A model generated the notes under the pieces. The model was not told where the DNA came from and ran no database searches. It saw only the letters and a list, made by a program, of their open reading frames with translations. Of a stretch of DNA of 64,000 nucleotides, positions 25,254-34,795 are shown in pieces. Origin of the DNA: Eggerthellaceae bacterium (GTDB lineage Bacteria > Bacillota > Clostridia > Christensenellales > UBA1242); NCBI GenBank assembly GCA_963602685.1, contig CAVCJG010000001.1, forward strand, positions 122,683 through 186,682, given 5' to 3'. How positions within the stretch are numbered: the first letter of the stretch is position 1; each line of letters begins with the position of its first letter. Both the position numbers and the translations under genes were made by a program.

Positions 25254-25976
25254 ATGCAAAAAAAGATGTCGACATGGAAAAAGATTGGCCGAACAAGTCT
25301 GGTTGTGGTTTTGACCGCAGCGATTTTGACGCTTGTTTACTTTATCTTGGTGTGGACCAATTTGTGGGAAAAACTTAATTCAGTAAACAAACTGCGCGTG
25401 TTTATTTTGGACTTAGGCTTTTGGGGAAGAATAGTGTTTGTCGGCTTGCAATTTTTGCAAGTGACCATTATCCCGATTCCGTCAACAATTCTTACAATCG
25501 CGGGTGCGATTATTTATGGACCGCTGCAGGGCGGGCTGCTGAGTTTTTCTGGCATAATGCTTGGCAGCCTGCTGGCGTTTTGGCTGGGCCGAACGTTTGG
25601 CTCGAAACTCGTTTCGTTTATGGTTGGCGAAGAGACTTGCAAAAAGTGGGTTAAGTTTTTATCGCGCGCAAAGTATGCCTTTTTCTTTATGATGCTTCTT
25701 CCAATGTTTCCTGATGATATTTTGTGCCTTGTCGCAGGGGTGACAGATATGAGTTGGGCGTTTTTTGTTTTGACCAATTTGATTACGAGACCAATCGGCA
25801 TTTTTCTTACAAGTTATCTTGGCAGCGGAGAAATAATTCCGTATCACGGTTGGGGACTTGTTGTGTGGGCTGTGATAATAATTGCCGTGGCAATCTTAAT
25901 GTGGCTTGTCACCAAGTATGAAGAAAATATTGAAAAAATGCTGCTGAAAATAACAAAAAAATCAAAAAAAGATTAG
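25254..25976 (+). CDS. TVP38/TMEM64 (DedA-related, SNARE-associated) membrane protein
   Basis: LQVTIIPIPSTILTIAGAIIYGPLQGGLLSFSGIMLGSLLAFWLGRTFG signature. The start was placed after the rlmH terminator. Confidence 0.8.
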   Translation: MQKKMSTWKKIGRTSLVVVLTAAILTLVYFILVWTNLWEKLNSVNKLRVFILDLGFWGRIVFVGLQFLQVTIIPIPSTILTIAGAIIYGPLQGGLLSFSGIMLGSLLAFWLGRTFGSKLVSFMVGEETCKKWVKFLSRAKYAFFFMMLLPMFPDDILCLVAGVTDMSWAFFVLTNLITRPIGIFLTSYLGSGEIIPYHGWGLVVWAVIIIAVAILMWLVTKYEENIEKMLLKITKKSKKD

Positions 25977-26086
25977 TTTTTTTGACTTTTTAATTAAATT
26001 ATTCTAAAAATAAATAATTTTTCTTTAATTAAATTTGCAATTAAAATTACTAAAATTGTTTGATTGAATTTAATTTCGATTATATT

Positions 26087-26869
26087 TTAATTTAATTTTT
26101 TATCTGAATTATTTTTGATTTTTCCAATCTTTTCAACGCATGGCGCGTAATAGTTTTTCACTTGATATTTTTTAAATGCCATCGCCAGCAGCCAAAATGC
26201 TCCGCCTATATATGGCACGGTCAGCAAAAGATAAACAAATGGAATCGGGCACAATTTGTAAAGCGGCTCTAACACCATAATGCCGCCAGGCCCAAGCGTG
26301 TATGAATGATTGTGTGGCCCGTCTAAACTCCAGCCGTTAAAGCCAATATTTGCAACAAGCGATGCTAAAAAGTAAACAAGCATACAAAGCAAAACAGGAA
26401 CTATATATTCTTTTCGCGGTTTAAATCTTCGCGCTGCAATCATAAGCATAGGAACAAGCACAACCATCATGTGGTCAATCCAAAAGTTGAGAGTTACGAT
26501 TGAATACCACATCGAGTTTTCGACATCTGACGGATAAGCGATAAATGTCGATGCCGCGGCAAACATTGAAAAGAAAAACAAATATTGCCTGCCGAGTTCG
26601 TTTTTCTTGATTAAGCAAAGGGGAAGTAGAATAAAGTTGAAATTGCACACCTGAAACATTTGTTCAAAAAAGTTTTGTGGGTCAAATGCTGTCCCGCGCT
26701 TTGTCAAGTGCAAAAACAAAATTCCAACCATGCCAATTAAGACGGCCGAATGAATCATCACGCTTTGCCACTTTGGGCTGACGCGTGAACAAACAAACAT
26801 CAAAACAGCAATAATTACAATGGTTGCAACCAGCATCAAAATGTGCGCCGTTCCACCAATGGTCATCAT
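26087..26869 (-). CDS. polytopic membrane protein, function unknown
   Basis: 260 aa with about 7 hydrophobic helices. The family is not recognised from sequence alone. Confidence 0.5.
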   Translation of the reverse strand: MMTIGGTAHILMLVATIVIIAVLMFVCSRVSPKWQSVMIHSAVLIGMVGILFLHLTKRGTAFDPQNFFEQMFQVCNFNFILLPLCLIKKNELGRQYLFFFSMFAAASTFIAYPSDVENSMWYSIVTLNFWIDHMMVVLVPMLMIAARRFKPRKEYIVPVLLCMLVYFLASLVANIGFNGWSLDGPHNHSYTLGPGGIMVLEPLYKLCPIPFVYLLLTVPYIGGAFWLLAMAFKKYQVKNYYAPCVEKIGKIKNNSDKKLN

Positions 26870-26958
26870 AAGATTTCGTTCCCTTTGTTTTTTATTTAGC
26901 CTAGCATAAAATTCTTTTTGTCGTCAAACTTTACGTATGGAAAACAAAAAAATCAGCA

Positions 26959-27711
26959 TTATTTTGCTGATTTTTTAGCGCGAATATACAAGTAGTATGG
27001 TGAATCCGCTTGATATTTATATTTGTCTACAAGTTTAATTGCTTTTTTAGTTGCATATGAAGGCATAATGTGTTCGACAATGAGTTTTGATGAATGCAAA
27101 GTGTTGATTATGTATTCGGTTGTGCGGTGATATTTTTCCACGCCAATTCCGTCCCAGTTGTAAACGCGTTTGCTCATGTTTTGATAGTCGCTGATTAAGA
27201 AATAGCGTTTGCTATCAATATCAACGTGTTTTGTTTGTGCTTTGTCGTAAATAGGGCACGTTCTGATTGGATGCTCTTGTGAAAACACCAAAAGCCCATT
27301 TGGCTTTAAAAGATTTGAAATGTCTTTTGCCAATTTTTCAAAATCTTTGACATAGTGGAATGCAAGCGAACTTACAACCATATCAAATTTTTTGTGGATT
27401 TGGTCAATTTCTTCCATCGCCATAACTTTAAATTCAAGTTTGCCTTTTACGGCTGTTTTGTTGGCCTCGTTAATCATGTTTTTTGAAATGTCAGTCCCAA
27501 GCACGTATTTTGCTCCGGCATCGCTTAAAAGTTTGCTAAGTCCGCCCGAGCCGCATCCTAAATCAAGAATTGACATTCCGCTTACATCATTTGGCAGCAT
27601 TTCAATCATTTGTGGTTTTTCGATCAGGTTGTTTGCGTTGATCTGTTGACCGCGCATGTTTTGATAGCCATCAAAAAATTCTTTTTTGTCATAAATGTTT
27701 TGTTTGCTCAT
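26959..27711 (-). CDS. class I SAM-dependent methyltransferase
   Basis: ILDLGCGSGG motif I, with DMVVSSLAFHY and LKPNGLLVFS motifs. Confidence 0.8.
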   Translation of the reverse strand: MSKQNIYDKKEFFDGYQNMRGQQINANNLIEKPQMIEMLPNDVSGMSILDLGCGSGGLSKLLSDAGAKYVLGTDISKNMINEANKTAVKGKLEFKVMAMEEIDQIHKKFDMVVSSLAFHYVKDFEKLAKDISNLLKPNGLLVFSQEHPIRTCPIYDKAQTKHVDIDSKRYFLISDYQNMSKRVYNWDGIGVEKYHRTTEYIINTLHSSKLIVEHIMPSYATKKAIKLVDKYKYQADSPYYLYIRAKKSAK

Positions 27712-27835
27712 TTTCCCTCCTTTTTAAATATTAACACAGTTTGCGCGGAAAGTAAAGCACATAAAAATTTATTTAGATTAAATATTATTGATTGCGAAAT
27801 TGTTTTTAATATGATAATATTTAGGTGAGGGGAAA

Positions 27836-28954
27836 ATGAAAACAGTTTATCTTTTAATTGGATTGCCAGGAGCGGGCAAAACAACTTTTTCTAAGAGTGT
27901 GTTGTCATCTGCTTTTACAATCGAACTTGATAAAGTAAGACAGCAAATGTCTGATGCTGGAATAATTGGAAAGATTTATTCAAGCCTTGACAATAAAATA
28001 GTTTTTGCTGAGTTTCACAAACAGATTTTAAAAGCAATAGACCAGCATGACGAAATCATAGTTGATGCCACCAATGCGCGCAAAAGCGAAAGGCAAGAAA
28101 TTTATAATTTGCTGGCAGAATACAAGCCAAAGTTTGTTGTGGTAAATTTTGCCGATTCGCAAGAAGTTGCAGTTGAAAGAATTTTAAAACGCCAACAACT
28201 CAATCCAAATTGCGTCCATTTTCATCCAAATCCAAAAGAGTCGGTGGCCATTTATGCTGAGCGCATAAAAGAAGGGGCGGCAACGTTTGATGAACCCATA
28301 GCAGAAATTTGGACGGTTAAAGACGGAAAGATTTTAAATAAAAAAAGCAAAGTGCTTATTGCATCAAAAAATCTTGGAAAAATTGGCATTTACAAACAAG
28401 TTTGTGATGAACTGGGCATAGCGACAACAAGCCTAGCACAGATTGCAGTAAGCGAAGAAGTTGAAGAGACTGGCAATACTGAAATTGAAAATGCTATTTT
28501 AAAGGCAGAAGCATATCATAAAATTACAGGCTTGCCAGTGATTTCGAATGACAGCGGGCTGGTTATTGATAAATTCGCGCCAAACGATCAACCGGGGCTT
28601 TTGGTGCGTAGATTTGGCGGGAAAGAACTGACAGATCAGCAGATGCTTGAAATTTACATAAAAAAGCTTAACGAAGTCGGCGGCGAAAGCGACGGTCACT
28701 ACAACGTGGCACTTGCTTTGATTGACGAGAATGGCAAACTTTTTACAAAACTTTTTACTCCACATCGTCATTTTATAAACAAAGCCAGCCAGGTGCTTGT
28801 AAAAGGCGTTCCGCTTTCATCACTTGCATATGACAGCAAAACAAATAAATATCTAAGTGAAATGACTACAAAAGAAAGAAATGACTATGAGGCGGAGGCA
28901 ATGGCTCAGCAAAAAGACTTTATAAAACAAGTTTTTGCAAATAAAGGAGAATAA
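27836..28954 (+). CDS. fusion protein: P-loop kinase-like (AAA_33-type) N-terminal domain plus Ham1/ITPase-like NTP pyrophosphatase C-terminal domain
   Basis: N-terminal Walker A GLPGAGKTT and VDATNARKSER. The C-terminal half has VLIASKNLGKI.., EETGNTEIENAILKAEAY and VISNDSGLVID..QPGLLVRRFGG, resembling RdgB/Ham1 motifs. Confidence 0.65.
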   Translation: MKTVYLLIGLPGAGKTTFSKSVLSSAFTIELDKVRQQMSDAGIIGKIYSSLDNKIVFAEFHKQILKAIDQHDEIIVDATNARKSERQEIYNLLAEYKPKFVVVNFADSQEVAVERILKRQQLNPNCVHFHPNPKESVAIYAERIKEGAATFDEPIAEIWTVKDGKILNKKSKVLIASKNLGKIGIYKQVCDELGIATTSLAQIAVSEEVEETGNTEIENAILKAEAYHKITGLPVISNDSGLVIDKFAPNDQPGLLVRRFGGKELTDQQMLEIYIKKLNEVGGESDGHYNVALALIDENGKLFTKLFTPHRHFINKASQVLVKGVPLSSLAYDSKTNKYLSEMTTKERNDYEAEAMAQQKDFIKQVFANKGE

Positions 28955-28956
28955 AT

Positions 28957-29601
28957 ATGAAACAAAAAAATTATGTGCTTATGTGGATTCTTACAATTTT
29001 CATCTTCGCATTACTCGCTGCGGGATCGGTTGTTGGCTTCTGCTTTAACCTTTATATTTTGGGTGGCATTTTGGCAGGCCTTATGCTTGCTGGCATCATT
29101 TTGTTTGTTTTGAAATACAACAAAATGGTTCGCTATCGCAACAAGATTCAAGAAAGTTTGTCACTTATTGACATTCAACTTAAAATGCGTTTTGATTTGA
29201 TTCCAAATTTAGTAAACACTGTCAAAGGTTATGCAAAACACGAAAAAGAAACATTCAAAGAGACAATCGCTCTTCGCAACGCGGCCATTGCTGCAACTGA
29301 CGAACAAGAGAAGTTGGAACTTTCAAACAAACTTGTTCCAAAGATGAAAGACATCGTGATGATTGCCGAAGATTATCCCGAACTTAAAGCGCAATCGCTT
29401 TATAAAAGTTTGATGGAGCAACTTGTCGACATTGAAGACCGCATAGTTTCTGCTCGCAGAATTTATGACAGCAATGTCAATTTATACAACACCTTGATCG
29501 CGACTTTCCCAAACAATTTGGTGGCAACAACTTTCAAATTTTCAAAAGAACAAATGTATAAGATTGATGCGGGCGAGAACATATGCCCAAAAGTGCAATA
29601 A
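28957..29601 (+). CDS. lemA: LemA family protein
   Basis: An N-terminal TM segment followed by YNKMVRYRNKIQESLSLIDIQLKMRFDLIPNLV..YPELKA..RRIYDSNVNLYNT, the typical LemA signature. Confidence 0.85.
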   Translation: MKQKNYVLMWILTIFIFALLAAGSVVGFCFNLYILGGILAGLMLAGIILFVLKYNKMVRYRNKIQESLSLIDIQLKMRFDLIPNLVNTVKGYAKHEKETFKETIALRNAAIAATDEQEKLELSNKLVPKMKDIVMIAEDYPELKAQSLYKSLMEQLVDIEDRIVSARRIYDSNVNLYNTLIATFPNNLVATTFKFSKEQMYKIDAGENICPKVQ

Positions 29602-29612
29602 GCAGGTGAGAT

Positions 29613-30554
29613 ATGATATCTAAGGAAGAATTTTGCTCGGTTGCGGGTCAGCTCATCACAGACGAAGACAGAAAACAATATTCTAAATGCAGAAAGCGCA
29701 CCACATGGCTATTGTGTTGCATATTGCCGGTGATTGTGACCATCTTCACACTTCTTACAATTTATGTTACACAAACGTCTGCTCGTTTCGTTTTTATTCC
29801 ATTTGGAACGGCCGTTTTTATCATTGCCACAGTCGTAATTTGTGCTGCAAGTGGATTTAAGTGGGCAAATTTTAAGCAACAATATGGCGCAAAAGCGCTC
29901 GCGTGCTTGCTTAGTGATTATGAATATGATTATAAGCAAGATTATTGCATAGCGAAAAAAATATTTATCGCCAGCAATTTTGCAGGCAAGTTTGACCATT
30001 ATCGCGGCGAAGATTTGTTGACTGTAAAAATCAAAAACGATGACGGAACTCCATCAAACGTAGAATTTTTAATCTGCGACTTAGACGTAACTGAAACCAG
30101 AAAACGCACAGTCGTTTCAAACGGCCACACACGCACCGAAGAATACACCGTAACCGTTTATAAAGGCGCTTTTGGATATGTTAGATTTCCATTCAGTTTT
30201 AAATGCGAACTTGATATAAATCCATATCGCAAAAGAAATCAAAAGATTTCGCTTGAAGATATTGATTTTAATAAAAGATTCAGTGTTTATACTTCCGATC
30301 AAGTCGAAGCACTTTGCATTTTGACTCCAACAATGATGACCAAATTGGCAGCGCTCGACAAACGTGTAAAACGCCTTAAATTGTCGCTTTCAGACAACTT
30401 TTTATATCTCGGATTTAAGCGCAATCTGTTTGAAATAAACAAAAAAGGTCATGTTTTAGACGGCAGAGTTTTTGAGCGCTTTTATGACGATGCAATCAGC
30501 ATCTATGAAATTTTAGAGGAAATAAAAAACAACAACAAAGTTTTTAAAATGTAA
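29613..30554 (+). CDS. membrane protein, DUF3137-like (usual LemA neighbour)
   Basis: Two N-terminal TM helices, about 310 aa, translationally coupled downstream of lemA. The family assignment rests on context and layout only. Confidence 0.5.
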   Translation: MISKEEFCSVAGQLITDEDRKQYSKCRKRTTWLLCCILPVIVTIFTLLTIYVTQTSARFVFIPFGTAVFIIATVVICAASGFKWANFKQQYGAKALACLLSDYEYDYKQDYCIAKKIFIASNFAGKFDHYRGEDLLTVKIKNDDGTPSNVEFLICDLDVTETRKRTVVSNGHTRTEEYTVTVYKGAFGYVRFPFSFKCELDINPYRKRNQKISLEDIDFNKRFSVYTSDQVEALCILTPTMMTKLAALDKRVKRLKLSLSDNFLYLGFKRNLFEINKKGHVLDGRVFERFYDDAISIYEILEEIKNNNKVFKM

Positions 30555-30556
30555 AT

Positions 30557-31270
30557 ATGAAAATTACAACAAAAAAAGATTATCAAGATTTTTTGACCAG
30601 CCTGCAACAAATGAGTGCGGGGAGTGAGTTTATAGAATTTCAAAAAAAGATTGTAAAAACTCAAAAAAGAATCATCGGAGTTAGAACACCCTTGCTCCGC
30701 AAAATAGCAAAAGAAATTTTTAAGTGTGACCACAGTGGGTTGTTTAAATTTGGCTTAAATGATTCATTCGAAGAGGTGCTTGTAAAAGGCATGGTGCTTG
30801 CTCAATACAAGGATTGCAGCGTCGCTCTTCCGCTTTTAAATGACTTAATTTTAGACATGGACAGTTGGGCAGAAGTTGACATGGTTTGCTCGTCATTAAA
30901 CTTTGTCAAAAGTGATATGCAAAAAGCGTTTGACTATTTTTCGCTGCTTGCTGCAAGTGACAAAGAGTTTGTTTGCCGCTTCGGCGTTGTCGGATTTATG
31001 AAATATTTTCTATCCGATGATTGCATCGAAAAAACGTTTGAAAGTCTCGATAAAATTGTGTGCCGCGATTATTATGTTGAAATGGCTGTTGCGTGGCTTA
31101 TAAGCGAAGTTTTAGTAAAAAACCCGCAAAAAGCGCTTGAAAATATGCAAAAAATTAAAAATAATCACAATTTTAGCAAATTTGCAATCAACAAAGGCAT
31201 TCAAAAAGCCACAGAAAGTTTTAGAATTGACAAACCTTTAAAAGACGAATTAAGAAATCTTAAAATATAA
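30557..31270 (+). CDS. DNA alkylation repair protein (AlkD-like HEAT-repeat family)
   Basis: RTPLLRKIAKEI, SWAEVDMVCSS and RFGVVGFMKYF patterns typical of PF08713-like proteins. Confidence 0.6.
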   Translation: MKITTKKDYQDFLTSLQQMSAGSEFIEFQKKIVKTQKRIIGVRTPLLRKIAKEIFKCDHSGLFKFGLNDSFEEVLVKGMVLAQYKDCSVALPLLNDLILDMDSWAEVDMVCSSLNFVKSDMQKAFDYFSLLAASDKEFVCRFGVVGFMKYFLSDDCIEKTFESLDKIVCRDYYVEMAVAWLISEVLVKNPQKALENMQKIKNNHNFSKFAINKGIQKATESFRIDKPLKDELRNLKI

Positions 31271-31353
31271 ATTAAATAAATTTTGCTGCTTTTGCAAATG
31301 CGAGTGGCAGTTTTGAAATAAAAAAATTCGACATTAAAAAAGACAAAAAAGCA

Positions 31354-31382
31354 TTGTCTGCAAAAAAATTAGATGGTATAAT
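31354..31382 (+). promoter_or_regulatory. promoter with extended -10 placed 7 nt before the ATG (leaderless candidate)
   Basis: TTGTCT (31354-31359), a 17-nt spacer, TGgTATAAT (31374-31382), then aataaac and the ATG at 31390. Confidence 0.5.
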
Positions 31383-31389
31383 AATAAAC

Positions 31390-34300
31390 ATGAAAAAGAA
31401 ATTTTTTACAATATTTTGTGCCACTTTGGCTTTGCTTTTCGTTTCTCTTTTGCCATGCGGAGCAAAGATGTCTGCGTCTGCATTGACGGAAAACGAAAAT
31501 ACTTTTTACAGCGAGAAAAACGCGCCAATGTTTTATGGCACAACCGAAATTACAATAGACAAAGATGTCGTTTCAACTTTCGACCTTTTAGACGGACGAT
31601 TTAGAATACTTGCCAAAGACTTTGAAGATGGCGACCTTACACCAAACATTGTTTGCACCTTTAATGATGTCGATCCAACCACCGCGGGAGAATATCGCGT
31701 GGATTATGAAGTCAAGGATTCTCATCAAAACGTTTCAAAAATTTCAGTGCCTGTTCATGTTCTTGACAAAAGTGAAGGCGAGTGCAAAATCACGCGAAGA
31801 GTCTATGCGATTCCTTCGCTTAGCAATTTAAGTCTTGTTGGCACCGAAAGATGCAACAATGGGGACAGCCAAATTTTAGGCATTTATCTTCCAGTGGGAA
31901 GCAAGGCTCAAGTGAAAATTTTAAGCCAAGACAGCCCAAATTTAAAAGTTACATATTTTGCAAACACCAACGCTCAAAAGACGTCGTCGACAATAAAAGT
32001 TGCGACAACCAGCGAGCAATATATTCAAAACACAAAAGATACAACCGGCTATGACAGCGTTCCAATTTTGACTTCGCCAAGACTTAGCGAAGAAAAAATC
32101 GATCAAACATATGACATAGAATTGAGTTTTGATTCAACTGTAAAAGCGCTTGATTATTTTCACTATAAAGACAGTGAACAAGATTTTAAAGACAAGTGGA
32201 AAACAACCGAAAATACATATGGCGTCGTTGACGGCGAAGCAATTATGGCGGTCGTTCCGTTTGCGGACGTTGATAAATTAAGCGGATATGTTGCTCCAAG
32301 ATTTGACGCTCCATTCGAATCGCTTGACACTTTTTTTGAATATTATTTAGAAGTAGTAAATCGCATGGATGCGATGCTTGGGCTGTCGCTTAATCCACAA
32401 GATCCGATTGACCAAAATTACAGAACAAAATATTTGGCAGTGGCAGATGCGTCAGCGGGCAGCGCTGCATATTATAACGGAAGTTTAATTGCGGTTGGCT
32501 CAGCATCCATATCGCCACTCTTCCAATATGGCTGGGGCACCTTGCACGAAATTGGACACGGCTATCAAGGCTATTTGGGAAGGGGCGGAACTGACGAAAA
32601 AACCAGCATCTTCTTAAATGAAACCGGAAACAACATTTTGGCACACTACATCCAAATGGATCCAATTTATCACAAAAGCGATCGCTATATAGGCAACCTA
32701 GCAAATTGCGAAGCCAACATAAACAACACACGCAAGAATGCGGTTGCAAACGGCAAAACCATTTTCAATAACAACAGCGGCGTATACACCAACACGCAAG
32801 AAAAATTGTATTGCATTGTCAATCTTCTAGACAACTTTGAAGGCGAACAAACATACGGAAAATTGTTCCAATATTATCGCCGCATTGTCAAAGAAGTGGG
32901 CAAAGACCAATTTACTGTGCCTGAAATTTACGCAAAGTTTTTTGCAGAAGAATACAACGCAAACATTATTCCATATCTCACAGCATGGACGATGTCACTT
33001 TCTGACGATGTTAAAGGCGAAATATTAAACTCAAACGCAGTGGCTTATTCCATCACAAGCGACACTTTGTCAGATGAGAGTTTTGAAAAGGTTTTCGTTG
33101 GCGAAAACTTGAAGTTAAAGTATGGTTTAATAAGCGATGAAGTTCTTGCCAAATACAACATTAAAAGCGAAGTTAAATTAAACATACAAATTGATGATTT
33201 CAACCTTGTTAAAGGCAAAAATGTTGCATTAACTCAAAATGGAAATATAATCAAAGTTCAAAAAATCAGCGCCGACACTGTCATCTTTAACAACCTTGAC
33301 ACCGGCACATATGAAATTAAATTGCCAATAGTTTATGGCTATGACAGTTTGCTTTGCATGGCAACACTGCAAGAAGGCGATAATGACATTTCATACGCTT
33401 ATTCTAAAATGGTGTATGAAGACCTGTCAAAGCCACTTACAGTGATTAAAATCCTTGGCATACACGGCACGCTTGGCTATTCGCTGACTTTCAATGACGG
33501 CTATAAGTCGGGCAGCATCGTCTATGGCGCGGCGGACTTAGGAAACCAAGGCAAGCAGGAATGGATCGACAATCCGGACAACGTTTATGTTTCGGTTACA
33601 ATAAAAGATCCAAACGGCGAAGTCAGCCAATCAGTAGAAGTTAAAGGCGTTGAATATTTTTGGGGCAAAACACCCGAAAACGCTACGCCAAGTTTTGAAG
33701 TAGGATCAAAGATTTGCATCTTCACGCACAGACCGACACTCGTGGGCGTCTATCTAAAAGAAAACGACCAAAAGATTGATGCTTATTCAGTAAGTCAAAC
33801 CGAGCAAAACATCGAATATGAAATAACAGAAAACGGGCTTAAACTTTTAAACAAAGCCGATTTTGATGAAAAAGAAGTGTTGTTTAAAGCCGCCAACGAC
33901 GAGATTAAAAGAGTGCTAAACAATGCTCAAAACACTTTAACAGAATCGGAGCTTGCAAACAAAAGATTAAAAGTTGCCACTAAAAATAAAGTGCTTAGCA
34001 TGTATTCATATTTGCCTAGTGATGACCAAGAAACATATGCAAATTTCATATCGCAAATCACAGGCGGAGGCAAACCAACCATCACTGTTAAAACAAGCGA
34101 CACGGAAATCAAAGTGGGCGAGCAACTGGACTTGTATTCACTTATCGAAATCACTGACAACGAAGATTTTGTGATTCAATCAAATTCAACAAATGTAAAA
34201 ATAGAAAGCAACTTTGATGCAAACAAAACAGGTGAGTATGTGGTAAAGTTTACTGTGACCGACAGTGACGGAAATACATCTGCAAAAGAAATTATTGTAA

Positions 34301-34443
34301 AAGTTTTAGAAAATCAACCTGCATCGCATGACAAAACATTTAATGCGCTTGAATATGGTTACTTGCTTGTGATTCCAGCGGTTGGGATAATAATTTTGAT
34401 TATTGTCATTGTTTTGAAGCGAAAAACACGCAAAAAACATTAA
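31390..34443 (+). CDS. secreted, membrane-anchored peptidase M60-like (enhancin/mucinase-type) with Ig-like domains
   Basis: Signal peptide MKKKFFTIFCATLALLFVSLLPCGA. The zinc motif WGTLHEIGHGYQG has a downstream E. Ig-like segments (GEYRVDYEVKDSHQN.., GEYVVKFTVTDSDGN..) lie near both ends. The C-terminal TM is LLVIPAVGIIILIIVIVL followed by KRKTRKKH. Confidence 0.8.
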   Translation: MKKKFFTIFCATLALLFVSLLPCGAKMSASALTENENTFYSEKNAPMFYGTTEITIDKDVVSTFDLLDGRFRILAKDFEDGDLTPNIVCTFNDVDPTTAGEYRVDYEVKDSHQNVSKISVPVHVLDKSEGECKITRRVYAIPSLSNLSLVGTERCNNGDSQILGIYLPVGSKAQVKILSQDSPNLKVTYFANTNAQKTSSTIKVATTSEQYIQNTKDTTGYDSVPILTSPRLSEEKIDQTYDIELSFDSTVKALDYFHYKDSEQDFKDKWKTTENTYGVVDGEAIMAVVPFADVDKLSGYVAPRFDAPFESLDTFFEYYLEVVNRMDAMLGLSLNPQDPIDQNYRTKYLAVADASAGSAAYYNGSLIAVGSASISPLFQYGWGTLHEIGHGYQGYLGRGGTDEKTSIFLNETGNNILAHYIQMDPIYHKSDRYIGNLANCEANINNTRKNAVANGKTIFNNNSGVYTNTQEKLYCIVNLLDNFEGEQTYGKLFQYYRRIVKEVGKDQFTVPEIYAKFFAEEYNANIIPYLTAWTMSLSDDVKGEILNSNAVAYSITSDTLSDESFEKVFVGENLKLKYGLISDEVLAKYNIKSEVKLNIQIDDFNLVKGKNVALTQNGNIIKVQKISADTVIFNNLDTGTYEIKLPIVYGYDSLLCMATLQEGDNDISYAYSKMVYEDLSKPLTVIKILGIHGTLGYSLTFNDGYKSGSIVYGAADLGNQGKQEWIDNPDNVYVSVTIKDPNGEVSQSVEVKGVEYFWGKTPENATPSFEVGSKICIFTHRPTLVGVYLKENDQKIDAYSVSQTEQNIEYEITENGLKLLNKADFDEKEVLFKAANDEIKRVLNNAQNTLTESELANKRLKVATKNKVLSMYSYLPSDDQETYANFISQITGGGKPTITVKTSDTEIKVGEQLDLYSLIEITDNEDFVIQSNSTNVKIESNFDANKTGEYVVKFTVTDSDGNTSAKEIIVKVLENQPASHDKTFNALEYGYLLVIPAVGIIILIIVIVLKRKTRKKH

Positions 34444-34467
34444 ATTATCATATTTTAAACAAAAAAA

Positions 34468-34499
34468 ACAGCGTGGCACTCTTCCGCCGCTGTTTTTTT
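34468..34499 (+). terminator. rho-independent terminator after the M60-like gene
   Basis: GC-rich imperfect stem acagcg.ggc/gcc.gctgt followed by T7. Confidence 0.6.
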
Positions 34500-34597
34500 A
34501 TTTTGATTCTTATTTCATTTCTTTCGTAACTATATTCTCTTGTTGATTTGCTGATTATTTGTGGTCGGACTGCAATAAACAAGCGTTAAAAAATAAA

Positions 34598-34672
34598 TGG
34601 TGCTCCCGTCAGGGCTCGAACCCGAAATCTAAGTTCCGAAGACTTATGTGATATCCATTTCACTACGGGAGC
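34598..34672 (-). tRNA. tRNA-Arg (anticodon UCG)
   Basis: The reverse complement GCTCCCG TA GTGA AATGGATA TCAC A TAAGT CTTCGGA ACTTA GATT TCGGG TTCGAGC CCTGA CGGGAGC A CCA folds as a cloverleaf. The CCA end is encoded. Confidence 0.9.
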
Positions 34673-34795
34673 ATTTTTTTTCTAACAAATTATACATTTA
34701 TTTAAAAAAAATTGCAAATCAATCATTTAACGTGTGTAAATTTGTTTTATATTTTCTTGTGAATATGTTACAATTATACATATACGGGGGGATAT

